A stretch of 64,000 nucleotides of DNA, taken from positions 128,001-192,000 of the forward strand of contig JBKBYA010000002.1 of the NCBI GenBank assembly GCA_046313635.1, read 5' to 3'. The translations under genes and the position numbers were made by a program. This document shows, piece after piece, positions 1 to 9,050 of the stretch. The notes under the pieces are model-generated. The model was not told the origin of the DNA. It searched no databases and saw nothing but the letters and a program-made list of their open reading frames with translations. This stretch comes from Pyrinomonadaceae bacterium (GTDB lineage Bacteria; Acidobacteriota; Blastocatellia; Pyrinomonadales; Pyrinomonadaceae). Position 1 is the stretch's first letter. Each line of letters begins with the position of its first letter.

Positions 1-1
1 G

Positions 2-556
2 AAAGCGAGATTCCAGTTGTTCGCGACGATCGCCGCGCAGCTCGCCGCGTTTGGTCGTGCGGAACGAGCGATCGAGATCGCTCAATCGATCGAGGACCCG
101 GTCGAGAGCACGGCGGCGCTTTCGCAGATCGCGGCGATCCTCGCGTCGCTCGGCAGCGACGACCTCGCGCGGCAGGCGCTTGATTCGATCGCCGATGAGG
201 ACAGCCGAGCATTTGCCTTGATCGGAATGAGCGACGCAAAGGCAAAAGCCGGCGACCGCGAAGCAGCGATCAAACTGCTCGACGAGGCAGAAGAATTGGT
301 CGTCTCGGTGCCGCAGCCCGCTTCGCGCTCGTCGGCCTACATTGAGATCGCGCGGCGCTGGTCGCACTACGGCGAAACGGAAAAGGCCTCGAGCGCCGCT
401 CACTTTGCGCTCGAGACGACCGCCGCCATCCGCGACGAGAGCCGCCGGGCCGTGGCCCTCGCCGAGCTTGCCGGGCACCTACGCCAGAGCGGCGCAAGCC
501 TCAGCGAGCCCGACCGAAAGATCGTCGAGCAGATCGCGGCCCGAGCCAACCTCTAA
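2..556 (+). CDS. Helical-repeat (TPR/HEAT-like) protein, 5'-truncated by the window edge
   Basis: Frame is open from base 2 to TAA at 554-556; recurring ALxxIAxxxAxxGxxxxA helical motifs. Confidence 0.7.
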   Translation, partial: KARFQLFATIAAQLAAFGRAERAIEIAQSIEDPVESTAALSQIAAILASLGSDDLARQALDSIADEDSRAFALIGMSDAKAKAGDREAAIKLLDEAEELVVSVPQPASRSSAYIEIARRWSHYGETEKASSAAHFALETTAAIRDESRRAVALAELAGHLRQSGASLSEPDRKIVEQIAARANL

Positions 557-586
557 TACTTTTTCGATTCCGATCGCCTCGGGGTC

Positions 587-650
587 ACCTGCTTCATCTG
601 CGGTTAATTGCCTCGGAGTGACTAACCGCGGACGACGCAGATAACGCGGA
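587..650. repeat. Inverted pair of 9-bp-period (ATCCGCG/ATCTGCG-type) repeats between convergent genes
   Basis: acctgcttcatctgcggtta (587-606) matches the reverse complement of taaccgcggacgacgcagat (623-642) at 16/20; followed by a T-tract. Confidence 0.65.
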
Positions 651-664
651 GTTTTTTGTTTTGT

Positions 665-2095
665 CTAGTAGACGTCGTTTGCGACGAGGTCGCTGAAGTT
701 GTCGCGTTTGCGGATGAGCCTGGGCTTGCCGTCGCGGTCGATCAGCACGACCGGCGGCAAAAATCGGCCGTTGTACTGCGAGGCCTGGGCGAGTGAATAG
801 GCGCCGCAGTTAAGCAGTGCGAGCACTTCGCCGAGCTCGACGTCGTTCGGCAGCAGGCGGTGGTCCGGCAAGCGGCCGTGGCCTTCGATATCAAAGTAAA
901 CGTCGCCGCCGTCGCACAGCGGGCCGGCAAGCTTGTACGGCGCGTCGTGGGCATCGCCCGCTCGCGTTGCCGAGATCAGATGGTAGTACCACTTGTAAGT
1001 CTCCATCGAGAGCAGGAGGTTGAAGCCGGCATCGGTGAGGAGCCAAGTGTCGGTTGCGATCGCGGATTGCGGATTTCGGATCGCGGATTGCTGAACGGGC
1101 CGATCTTTTTTATTGCGGACTGATGTCAAGCAGATGCCGGCGTCGGCGATGATCGAGCGGCCGGGTTCGAGGAGGATCGTAAGGCCGTCGAGCAGGTCTA
1201 GGGCGTTTGCCGACTCGGCGCTTCGACGGACGATCTGCCACGCTCTGCTCATCGCATCGACCGGCTCGTAGTCCGCTGCAAACATCTCGCGGTGCTCGTC
1301 GTCGAATGCGTCTTCCGCAGACCGGTCGCGCAGATAATTCACCGGAAAGCCGCCGCCGAGATTCAGGTGCGAGAGCCGGACGCCTGTCTCGTTGTAGATC
1401 TTGTGCAGATTGACGAAGAGCACCTCAAAGGCCTCGGCGTACGCCGACGGGCTCGGATTCTGCGAGCCGATGTGCAGGTGAATGCCGGCAAGGTTGAGAT
1501 GCGGCGAGTCTTTTCGCTCGCGTATCGCCGCGTGTGCCTCGGCGGGCATCATTCCGAATTTTGAAGTGAGCAGCGCAGTCTGCAAGCCCGAGTGCGTCGC
1601 CGACTCGATCTCGGGGACGAGACGCAGGCTGACGTTCGCTCTTCTACCGAGACGCTTCGCGGTCTCCTCGATCAGCGCGAGCTCGACGACCGAGTCGACC
1701 TGGATCGCGTAGATCTCGGCGTCGATCGCGGCCTCCAGTTCCCAGATCTCTTTGCTCGTCCCGTTAAAGATGATCTGCCCGCCCGCGAAGCCGATCTCGA
1801 GCGCCTTCCAAAGCTCGCCGCCGGAATTTACCTCGATGTCGATCCCTGCATCTTTGATCGCCTTGAGGATGCCCATTGTCGACATCGCTTTCGCGGCGTA
1901 GCAGACCTCGAGCGGGCAGTCGATGACCTCGCGTGCGGCGGTGAGCCGCGCGATATTGTGACGAATGCGCGACTCGCTAAAGACAAACAGCGGCGTCCCG
2001 TGCTGCGCGGCAAGCTCGACCGCCGACACGCCGTCGATGTGAAGCTCGTTGTTTTTTACTTCGAGAAAGTTCTCGATCTCCCAGGGTTGCTGCAT
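665..2095 (-). CDS. Fold-III PLP-dependent decarboxylase (diaminopimelate decarboxylase / D-Orn,D-Lys decarboxylase-like)
   Basis: YAAKA PLP lysine, SKFG, HLHIGSQ, NLGGGFP, EPGRS, GPLCDGGD, GAY...YN motifs. Start moved to ATG 2095 (MQQPW). Confidence 0.85.
   Translation of the reverse strand: MQQPWEIENFLEVKNNELHIDGVSAVELAAQHGTPLFVFSESRIRHNIARLTAAREVIDCPLEVCYAAKAMSTMGILKAIKDAGIDIEVNSGGELWKALEIGFAGGQIIFNGTSKEIWELEAAIDAEIYAIQVDSVVELALIEETAKRLGRRANVSLRLVPEIESATHSGLQTALLTSKFGMMPAEAHAAIRERKDSPHLNLAGIHLHIGSQNPSPSAYAEAFEVLFVNLHKIYNETGVRLSHLNLGGGFPVNYLRDRSAEDAFDDEHREMFAADYEPVDAMSRAWQIVRRSAESANALDLLDGLTILLEPGRSIIADAGICLTSVRNKKDRPVQQSAIRNPQSAIATDTWLLTDAGFNLLLSMETYKWYYHLISATRAGDAHDAPYKLAGPLCDGGDVYFDIEGHGRLPDHRLLPNDVELGEVLALLNCGAYSLAQASQYNGRFLPPVVLIDRDGKPRLIRKRDNFSDLVANDVY
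1058..1092. repeat. Intragenic heptamer array (5 x GATYKCG-like)
   Basis: gatcgcg gattgcg gatttcg gatcgcg gattgct; on the minus strand it encodes QSAIRNPQSAI inside the decarboxylase. Confidence 0.8.
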
Positions 2096-2156
2096 GAGAA
2101 AGCTATCGGCCGCGGATAGTCGCCCATCGCGCGGACAAGGAAAAACAAACATTCAG

Positions 2157-2275
2157 ATCCGCTTTATCGGCTTCATCCGCGGCCAAAGACGCCAAGCGAC
2201 ACTCAACCGCGGATAAAGCAGACAGCGCAGATAAGTTTGACGAATGATCCTTGGATCCGCGTCATCCGATCCGCA
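2157..2275. repeat. Inverted 9-bp-period ATCCGC repeat cluster
   Basis: atccgctttatcggcttcatccgcgg (2157-2182) faces ccgcggataaagcagacagcgcagat (2207-2232); a further atccgcgtcatccg copy near 2255. Confidence 0.6.
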
Positions 2276-2283
2276 AAAAGATC

Positions 2284-4107
2284 CTAACGCTTCGGCAATT
2301 GAATGCCCGTCCCGCGCGGGTAGAGTCCCGGCAGCGAGATCGGCAGGCGGCCCGAAAAGTCCTGCAGCCCGAGCATCGCGCTCGCTGCCGCCCGCTGCAG
2401 GCTCGGCATATCGCCGTACGCGACGATGTACGTCTTGAGCTGCGGGAACGAACCGAGAATGTACGGGTTGCCAAAGCTGATGCCGATCATATTCTTGTTC
2501 TGCGCGATCGCGTCGCGAAGTATGGCGGCTCCGTTCTCCGGAATGCCCACGCTGTTCTTTGCGCCGGAACGCACGCGGCCGTAGAGTCCGACGACGACGG
2601 TGTCGGCTTCGGCGACGGCCTTGCGCGCGGCGGCGACCTGGTCGGAGGTCGAATTCTCCTGCAGATAAACGGGCGACATTTTGACGCCGTTCTGCCCGAG
2701 CGAGCGGACGAGCGGGCCCATCGTCGCCGGGCCGTCAAAGCCGTTCGAGATGCCGAGCACGGCGATCTTTGCGCCCTTATCGAGCGGCAGCGATCCGCCG
2801 TTGCGGACGAGAGTGATCGCCTTTGACGCGATCTCGTTGGTCAGGGCTTCGGTCTCGCTGCCCGAGACGATCGTGTCGATCAGGTCGATCGGCGTCATTC
2901 GGTCTTTGACGAGGCCGAGCTCGTACTTCCACGCGAGCTGCTTTCGGACAGACTCGTTCAGCCGCTCCTGCGGGATGCGGCCCGACTGCACCGCGGCCTT
3001 GAGCCCGCGGATCATCGCGTCGACGTCGGCCGGTTTTTCGAGAATGTCGGTGCCGGCTAGAAAGGCCCGCACGCCGGCCTCTTCCTGCGAAAAGTAGATC
3101 GTAAGACCGCTCATCGACATCGCGTCCGAGACGATCAGCCCGTCAAAGCGCATTTCGCGGCGCAGCAGGTCGGTTTGAATTTTGTGCGAGAGCGTCGCCG
3201 GGATGGTCGCCGATTCGCTGACGATCTCGGCGCCGTGCTCGGCGTCGCCCTGAATGAAATTCTTCAGCGGCTTGATGACCTCGCCGTCGAGCTGCGGCAG
3301 AGCGATGTGCGCGATCATTACGGACCCGACGCCGGCATCGACCGCGGCACGAAAAGGCACGAGCTCCGTTTGATCAAGCTGCGCTCGAGATTTGTCGATG
3401 ATCGGCAGGCCGCGGTGCGAGTCGACGTTCGTGTCGCCGTGGCCGGGGAAGTGCTTCGCGGTAGCGATCACGTTCTGGCTTTGGATGCCGTTGATGAACG
3501 CTACGCCGAACTTGGAGACCTCGTTCGGGTCCTCGCCAAAGCTGCGGACGTTGATCACCGGATTGTCGGCGTTGTTGTTGACGTCGAGCACCGGCGCGTA
3601 GACGTGATCGATGCCGATCGCCTTTGCCTCGCGGCCGGTGATGACGCCCATCCGGCGGGCGTATTCGGGATCGCCGGTCGCGGCGACGGCCATCGCCCAC
3701 GGGAAGTTTGTCGCGTCCTCGAAGCGCATACCGATCCCTGTCTCCGCATCGAGCGACATCAGCAGCGGGACCTTGCCGGCGAGCGACTGCATGCGGTTGG
3801 CGATTATCGTCGTCTCGTACAGCGGCGCTCCGAAAAAGATCACGCCGCCGATCTTGTTTTCGACGACGTCGCGCTGCAGCGCCTTGAAGAACGAGCTCTC
3901 GCGATTGGCAAACCGCGCGTTGATGCCGACGTGAACGAGCTGGCCGACCTTCTCGTCGACGGTCATTCGCTTGAGCTGCTTGTCGGCCCACTTCCAGGCT
4001 TTTGGCGACGGGCGTAACGGCGCGGCCGGCCGTGAAGGCGCGCTCTGCGCGGGCAGCAGATTCACAAAGAGAGCGACGAGTGTGACGGTGCTATAGAGAA
4101 ACTTCAT
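2284..4107 (-). CDS. nagZ: Secreted GH3 beta-N-acetylhexosaminidase (two-domain NagZ)
   Basis: Signal peptide; APVLDV, NPVINVRSFGEDP, KHFPGHGD (NagZ signature), SDAMSM nucleophile region; C-terminal GH3 domain (FGNPY). Confidence 0.9.
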   Translation of the reverse strand: MKFLYSTVTLVALFVNLLPAQSAPSRPAAPLRPSPKAWKWADKQLKRMTVDEKVGQLVHVGINARFANRESSFFKALQRDVVENKIGGVIFFGAPLYETTIIANRMQSLAGKVPLLMSLDAETGIGMRFEDATNFPWAMAVAATGDPEYARRMGVITGREAKAIGIDHVYAPVLDVNNNADNPVINVRSFGEDPNEVSKFGVAFINGIQSQNVIATAKHFPGHGDTNVDSHRGLPIIDKSRAQLDQTELVPFRAAVDAGVGSVMIAHIALPQLDGEVIKPLKNFIQGDAEHGAEIVSESATIPATLSHKIQTDLLRREMRFDGLIVSDAMSMSGLTIYFSQEEAGVRAFLAGTDILEKPADVDAMIRGLKAAVQSGRIPQERLNESVRKQLAWKYELGLVKDRMTPIDLIDTIVSGSETEALTNEIASKAITLVRNGGSLPLDKGAKIAVLGISNGFDGPATMGPLVRSLGQNGVKMSPVYLQENSTSDQVAAARKAVAEADTVVVGLYGRVRSGAKNSVGIPENGAAILRDAIAQNKNMIGISFGNPYILGSFPQLKTYIVAYGDMPSLQRAAASAMLGLQDFSGRLPISLPGLYPRGTGIQLPKR

Positions 4108-5605
4108 GCTTGCGATTTGGTAATACGAGACTTGCGATAAAAGCGATCGTCAACGTCGTAAGACTGCCGATCAGCGCGTACCAGGTCCACGCGATCTTGG
4201 TGCCGAGCAGGATGTAGAGCATCAGCGCGATGCTCGCGGCCATGCCGATGAGGGCATGGGGCTCGCCTGCCTTTTTCAAAAACGTGCCGACGAGAAAGAC
4301 GCCCAGGATCGGCCCGTTGATCAGCGAAGCGACCGTGAGAGCGAGACCGAGCGCCGACTCGTCCGTCTTCATAAAAGCTATCGCGACGGCGATCTGGATC
4401 ATCCCGACGATGACCGTCAGCCAGCCCGCGAGGCGGACGAGCTGGCGGTCGGTGATGTCCTTTTTGAAAGGGCGGTAAAGATCGTTGATCGCCGTCGCCG
4501 CGATCGAATTGAGCGACGACGAGAGAGCCGCCGCAAAGATCGCCGCGACGACGAGACCCGATAGCCCGGCGGGCATGTGCTCGGTGATGAAATTCGGAAA
4601 GACCTGATCGCCTTTGAGAAAAGGGAAATTAGCCGAAATACCCGAGCCCGCGACGCCGGCCTGCGCGTATTCAGGCGAATTGAACGGAGCGTAAAAAGCG
4701 AACAGCAACACGCCGATAAACAAAAATCCGATGAACTGTCCGAGCACGACCGCACCCGACGACAGCAGTGCGAGCGACGCCGACGACGGCTTGTTAGTGC
4801 ACAGGTATCGCTGAACTAGATACTGATCGGTGCCGTGTGTCGACATCGTCAAAAAGCAGCCGCCGAGTATCCCGGCCCAGAACGTGTAGGTCTTGGTAAA
4901 GTCGAGCGTGAAATCGAAAACGCGAAACTTGCCGAACTGCTCGCCGAGCGCCACCGCGCCCGAAAATCCGCCGTCGATATTCTGGATCAGAATCACGGCC
5001 GCCGCGATCGCGCCGCCGATGTAGATCACGAGCTGCACGACCTCGACCCAGATGACCGCTTCCATCCCGCCGTAAAACGTAAACACGATCATCACGACGC
5101 CGAGCAGAACGATCGAACCGACGATGATCGTCGTCGCGTCGGCTCCCGGATTGAACGACGTGTAAACCGCGGCGAGCACGATCGCGGTGAGCAGCAGCCG
5201 CACGCCGTCGGCGACGTTTCGCATGATGACGAAGAGTCCCGATGCGAGCATCTTGACCCTGGTGCCGAAGCGCTGGCCGAGAAGCTGATAAACGGTCTGC
5301 AGCTCGCCCTTGAAATAGAGCGGGATAAAGATCAAAGAGATCACCACGCGGCCAAGCATGTAGCCGAAGACGAGCTGCAGGAACTGAAAATTCCCGCCCT
5401 TCGCAAACGCCACGCCGGGCACCGAAACGAACGTGATCGTGCTCGTCTCGGTCGCAACGATCGACATCGCGATCGCCCACCAAGGCACGCTCCGGTCGCC
5501 GACGAAATAGTCTTCGGTCGTCTCCTGCTTGCCTGAAAACAGAATGCCGAAGGCCGTGATGCCGATCAGGTAGCCAAAGATGATGACGAGGTCGATGGTC
5601 TGCAT
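4091..5605 (-). CDS. Sodium:solute symporter (SSS family)
   Basis: DYFVGDRSVPWWAI, SIVATETS, GGMEAVIW, GTDQYLVQRYL, AALSSSLNS motifs; many hydrophobic segments; overlaps the nagZ start by 17 bp. Confidence 0.92.
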   Translation of the reverse strand: MQTIDLVIIFGYLIGITAFGILFSGKQETTEDYFVGDRSVPWWAIAMSIVATETSTITFVSVPGVAFAKGGNFQFLQLVFGYMLGRVVISLIFIPLYFKGELQTVYQLLGQRFGTRVKMLASGLFVIMRNVADGVRLLLTAIVLAAVYTSFNPGADATTIIVGSIVLLGVVMIVFTFYGGMEAVIWVEVVQLVIYIGGAIAAAVILIQNIDGGFSGAVALGEQFGKFRVFDFTLDFTKTYTFWAGILGGCFLTMSTHGTDQYLVQRYLCTNKPSSASLALLSSGAVVLGQFIGFLFIGVLLFAFYAPFNSPEYAQAGVAGSGISANFPFLKGDQVFPNFITEHMPAGLSGLVVAAIFAAALSSSLNSIAATAINDLYRPFKKDITDRQLVRLAGWLTVIVGMIQIAVAIAFMKTDESALGLALTVASLINGPILGVFLVGTFLKKAGEPHALIGMAASIALMLYILLGTKIAWTWYALIGSLTTLTIAFIASLVLPNRKHEVSL

Positions 5606-5608
5606 TAG

Positions 5609-6082
5609 CTAGAAGGGATAGATACCCGCCCAAGTTCGGAACCAGAACGAATCCAGTCGGTCAACGATTCGTTTCAAGTCTTCCTGACGGCGATTATCCG
5701 TCATTTCGATGATGTACATATTACAAGCGTCCACAACGCCGTCCTTGTCAGCGAGAATTAGAAATCTATCCCCACGGTCAGGAGATATCTCACGCATCGG
5801 ACAATCGCATACGGGACTCAAATAGAGTTCTACTTCGCCCGACGCCGGACCCTTCCACGAACGCTGGATCCTGAATCTCGCCTTGTCCAACATTTTCCTA
5901 TTGCCAGCGAGCTTGGAAGGAAGCGCATCGGTCGCAGAATCCCCGAACGACAAGAATTCACCAACAAAGATTTGACTGGACGCCCGGTATGCTTTCCGAA
6001 GCCCAACGATCGTTATCGTGCAAGCCTCGGCCGTGTCCGCCAGAGTGAGCAGAATGACAACGATCCCAACGAGAAACCTCAT
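5609..6082 (-). CDS. Small secreted hypothetical protein, TIMP/NTR-like N-terminus
   Basis: Signal peptide MRFLVGIVVILLTLADTAEA followed by Cys; 'ASSQIFVGE', 'WKG', CDC and a later Cys; locally low GC (26/60 at 5701-5760). Confidence 0.6.
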   Translation of the reverse strand: MRFLVGIVVILLTLADTAEACTITIVGLRKAYRASSQIFVGEFLSFGDSATDALPSKLAGNRKMLDKARFRIQRSWKGPASGEVELYLSPVCDCPMREISPDRGDRFLILADKDGVVDACNMYIIEMTDNRRQEDLKRIVDRLDSFWFRTWAGIYPF

Positions 6083-6154
6083 GATGCGCGATCGATAAAT
6101 CGGATTGCTCCTCGAACGTTCCATTTCGCTTCAGTCGCGTGCCTGAAAGAAATC

Positions 6155-6286
6155 CGGCCCTTAACGGGCCGCAGATCTGTCCAACCGCTTTAGGGTTGAC
6201 CGGAATATCTGGTTGTTCGCGGGCCGGCACTCGCTTCGCTCGCTTGCCCCGGGCTATTTTCCGGGGGCGCTTCCGGCAACGGGCCG
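6155..6286. repeat. Structured palindromic mini-element (REP/REPIN-like)
   Basis: Hairpins cggccc-ttaac-gggccg, caacc..ggttg and ccccgg..ccgggg; tcgcttcgctcgct core; aacgggccg recurs at both ends. Confidence 0.5.
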
Positions 6287-6300
6287 AATGATTCGCGACC

Positions 6301-7212
6301 TTATTGATCACCGTCGTCGCCCGACCTGATCTTCTTTACGGCTTCATCGACGACAAAACACGACGTCGCGAGAGCAGCCCGAGCGGCGTCAGATCCGACC
6401 GATGCCTTTTGCATCACCAATGCCACCCTCAGATCGCCGCCGGCGTCGCCCATCAATCGCGCGGCAGCGGGCTCATCGATGCCGGCTTCATTCATCAAGA
6501 TCCGAATCGCACGGCCCTGCAGCTTTTCGTTCGAGGCCCGCAGGTTCGTCATTCGGTTTCCGCTGACGTAGCCGAGTCGGATCATGGCGACGGTCGAGAT
6601 CATGTTGAGGACCATCTTTTGCGCCGTGCCGGCCTTCATGCGTGTAGAGCCGGTGATCGCTTCGGGGCCGACGACGGGCACGATCGAGATCTCGGCCGCT
6701 CGGGTGATCGGCGAGTCGGGAACGCAGACGATGCAGGCGGTGAAGCAGCCGAGCTCGCGAGCATGCCTGATCGCACCGATCGTGTAAGGCGTGCGCCCCG
6801 AAGCGGCGATGCCGACGACCGCGTCCTCCTTTCTAAGGCCGCGAGCGGTCAGGTCTCGCACGGCCGCGGCACTGTCGTCCTCGCTGGCTTCGGTCGCCTT
6901 GTAAAGCGCTTCGTAGCCGCCGGCGATGATGCCCTGTACAAGCTCATACGAGACGCCGTAGGTCGGCGGTATCTCGGACGCGTCAAGCACACCGAGACGG
7001 CCGCTCGTTCCCGTGCCGACGTAAAAAAGCCGGCCGCCACTTTCGAGCCGTTCGACGACCTTGTCGATAACGGCCGCGATCTGCGGGAGCACCTCTTCGA
7101 CGGCGAGAGCGACGGTCTTGTCCTCGTCGTTGATCAGTCGCAGAGCGTCGAGAGTCGAAAGTTTGTCGATCTCGGCGGTCTTTGGATTGTCCTGCTCGGT
7201 AACGGGAAGCAT
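6301..7212 (-). CDS. murQ: N-acetylmuramic acid 6-phosphate etherase
   Basis: TEQDNP, GTGTSGRLGVLDASEIPPTYG, GIAASGRTPY, GPEAITGSTRMKAGTAQKMVLNMIST, NEKL. Start ATG 7212. Confidence 0.96.
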   Translation of the reverse strand: MLPVTEQDNPKTAEIDKLSTLDALRLINDEDKTVALAVEEVLPQIAAVIDKVVERLESGGRLFYVGTGTSGRLGVLDASEIPPTYGVSYELVQGIIAGGYEALYKATEASEDDSAAAVRDLTARGLRKEDAVVGIAASGRTPYTIGAIRHARELGCFTACIVCVPDSPITRAAEISIVPVVGPEAITGSTRMKAGTAQKMVLNMISTVAMIRLGYVSGNRMTNLRASNEKLQGRAIRILMNEAGIDEPAAARLMGDAGGDLRVALVMQKASVGSDAARAALATSCFVVDEAVKKIRSGDDGDQ

Positions 7213-7231
7213 CTGTAAACGAATTTGTCCT

Positions 7232-7260
7232 ATTATCAAAGCGGCCTCAGCAGGTGTCAA
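7232..7260 (-). promoter_or_regulatory. Sigma70-type promoter for murQ and downstream genes
   Basis: TTGACA (7260-7255), 17-bp spacer, GATAAT (7237-7232); AT-rich tract upstream. Confidence 0.7.
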
Positions 7261-7365
7261 TTTTACTTATAGTTACTTGAATTCAATTTAGTATTCGCAA
7301 TGCCAAAAAGAGGCTGCCTGCCGTGCGACCCTGCGGGTGTGCCGCGCGAGGAAACTTAGCAAATG

Positions 7366-7394
7366 AAAAAGAGGCCGCCTTTTCAGACAGCCTC
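7366..7394 (-). terminator. Intrinsic terminator downstream of the SDR gene
   Basis: Minus strand gaggctgtct-gaaa-aggcggcctc followed by TTTTT. Confidence 0.65.
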
Positions 7395-7419
7395 AGTCTG
7401 TGGGAGACCACCGTTTGAA

Positions 7420-8448
7420 CTAATCCGTTCTGTTTCGTTTGATCAGTGAATAAGCGATACCGGCGCCGAGTGCCAGAGCGGCGCCGGTCGCGATCGCGCC
7501 GGTGATGCCCGGGTGAAGGCTCGCCTGCGTGTAGATGCTCGACTCGGCGACGTGACCGTCGTACGTGCCGCGCTCGTGCAGGCGCGCGTCGCGAGGCTCG
7601 TAGAGATTGATGAGCGGTTTCGGCTTTGGCGGCTCGCCGGTCCGGGTCTGACCGAGATAGGTCTTTTCCATCAGGAGATCTGCGAGACGCGGTGCGTACT
7701 TTCCCAGCATCGAATGCGCCTTGGCCGCTCCGCCGACAAAGACGTCGCGGACCTGATTCTCAGCGCAATAAAGTATCGTCTCGGCGACAGTATCAGGAGC
7801 GTAAACCGGCGGAGGATTGAGCGGCTCCGTATCGAGGTAGTTCGGAGCGTGTTCGATGTAGGGCGTATCGATCGCGGCCGGCTTGACGAGCGTCACGGAG
7901 ATCGGAGCGTCGTCGGCCTCGAGCTCCATTCGCAGAGCGTCGGTAAAACCTTTGACCGCGTGCTTCGAGGCGCAGTACATACCCTGCAGCGGTATCGCGC
8001 GGTCAGACAGCGTGCTGCCGACATTTATCAGCGCTCCGCCGAGCCGTTTGAGATATCGTGCGGCGGTCAGCGAGCCGTAGACCACGCCCCAAAAGTTTGT
8101 CTCGAAGAGCCGCCTAAAGTCCTCGACCGGCACGTCCTCGAGCTTTCCGTATATCGAGCCCGCCGCGTTGTTGACCCATGTATCGAACGTGCCGAAACGC
8201 TGCCGCGCCGCCTCGGCGATCGCTTCGACATCGCTCTCGAGGCCGACGTCGGCCTTGACAAAGATCGCCTCGCCGCCGGCCCACGTTATCTCATCGACCA
8301 ATTTTGAGAGAGCCTCCTCGTTACGCGACGCGAGGACGAGCCGCGCGCCGCGGGCGGCCGCCATCCGAGCCGTGCAGAGACCAATGCCGCTCGATGCGCC
8401 GGTGATGACGATCGTCTGCTGCTCGACAGGTTTTAGTTGTACGGCCAT
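7420..8448 (-). CDS. Short-chain dehydrogenase/reductase
   Basis: TGASSGIG, WVNNAA, YCASK catalytic motif, C-terminal hydrophobic tail. Start ATG 8448 (MAVQLKP), not 8868. Confidence 0.92.
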   Translation of the reverse strand: MAVQLKPVEQQTIVITGASSGIGLCTARMAAARGARLVLASRNEEALSKLVDEITWAGGEAIFVKADVGLESDVEAIAEAARQRFGTFDTWVNNAAGSIYGKLEDVPVEDFRRLFETNFWGVVYGSLTAARYLKRLGGALINVGSTLSDRAIPLQGMYCASKHAVKGFTDALRMELEADDAPISVTLVKPAAIDTPYIEHAPNYLDTEPLNPPPVYAPDTVAETILYCAENQVRDVFVGGAAKAHSMLGKYAPRLADLLMEKTYLGQTRTGEPPKPKPLINLYEPRDARLHERGTYDGHVAESSIYTQASLHPGITGAIATGAALALGAGIAYSLIKRNRTD

Positions 8449-8453
8449 TCGCT

Positions 8454-8975
8454 TCAGCTCCTTGCCATTTTCTTGGAATAGCCGCTCTCGGAGCCGCGGG
8501 CCGAGTCCGAGGTCAGTGAGTTTGGCGCGTTCAGATGCGCGCCTTCGTCGACGCCGACGCCGAGACGCTCGACTAGCTCGCCGCCGAGCCATCCGCCGAG
8601 GAGCGCGAGTACGAGTCCCGCAAACGACAAGATGCTCGCCGTCATTTCGGGCCGTTCCGGAAGGCCGTAGCGCATCGCAAAGCTCGCGACAAAGAGCAGC
8701 AGAACGACCGTGTTGGTCATCCCGTGCATAAAGCCGACCGTCTTGGCCCTCGTGCCCGAGGGGATCTTTGCCCAGTCGATCCAGCCGAACGGCGCCGCGA
8801 GCAGCCCGCCGACGATGCCCGCCGCCATCATCCAGAACGCGACGGTCGCCATCAGCGTGTTGCCCCACACAAGATAAATGACGTCAAAAACGACCGCGGT
8901 CGACAGCAGACCGAGCGGGAATACGATCAGGATCGGATGTATCGCATGTCCGAACATCTTTGCTCTGGCTTCCAT
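8454..8975 (-). CDS. DUF2231-family membrane protein
   Basis: GHAIHPILIVFPLGLL, four TM helices, HG..N, GGWLGGELVERLGVGV; SD GGAGG upstream. Confidence 0.85.
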   Translation of the reverse strand: MEARAKMFGHAIHPILIVFPLGLLSTAVVFDVIYLVWGNTLMATVAFWMMAAGIVGGLLAAPFGWIDWAKIPSGTRAKTVGFMHGMTNTVVLLLFVASFAMRYGLPERPEMTASILSFAGLVLALLGGWLGGELVERLGVGVDEGAHLNAPNSLTSDSARGSESGYSKKMARS

Positions 8976-9050
8976 TGAATTGACCTCCGTTATTGGCCCG
9001 GCCGAGTTGTTCGGAATTGAAACAAACTTCGGGCTATTGCCTGAGGAATC

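Noticed and set aside
7420..8868. 482-aa version of the SDR ORF
   Set aside because: The extension is an off-frame read-through of the DUF2231 gene; the SDR fold begins at ATG 8448.
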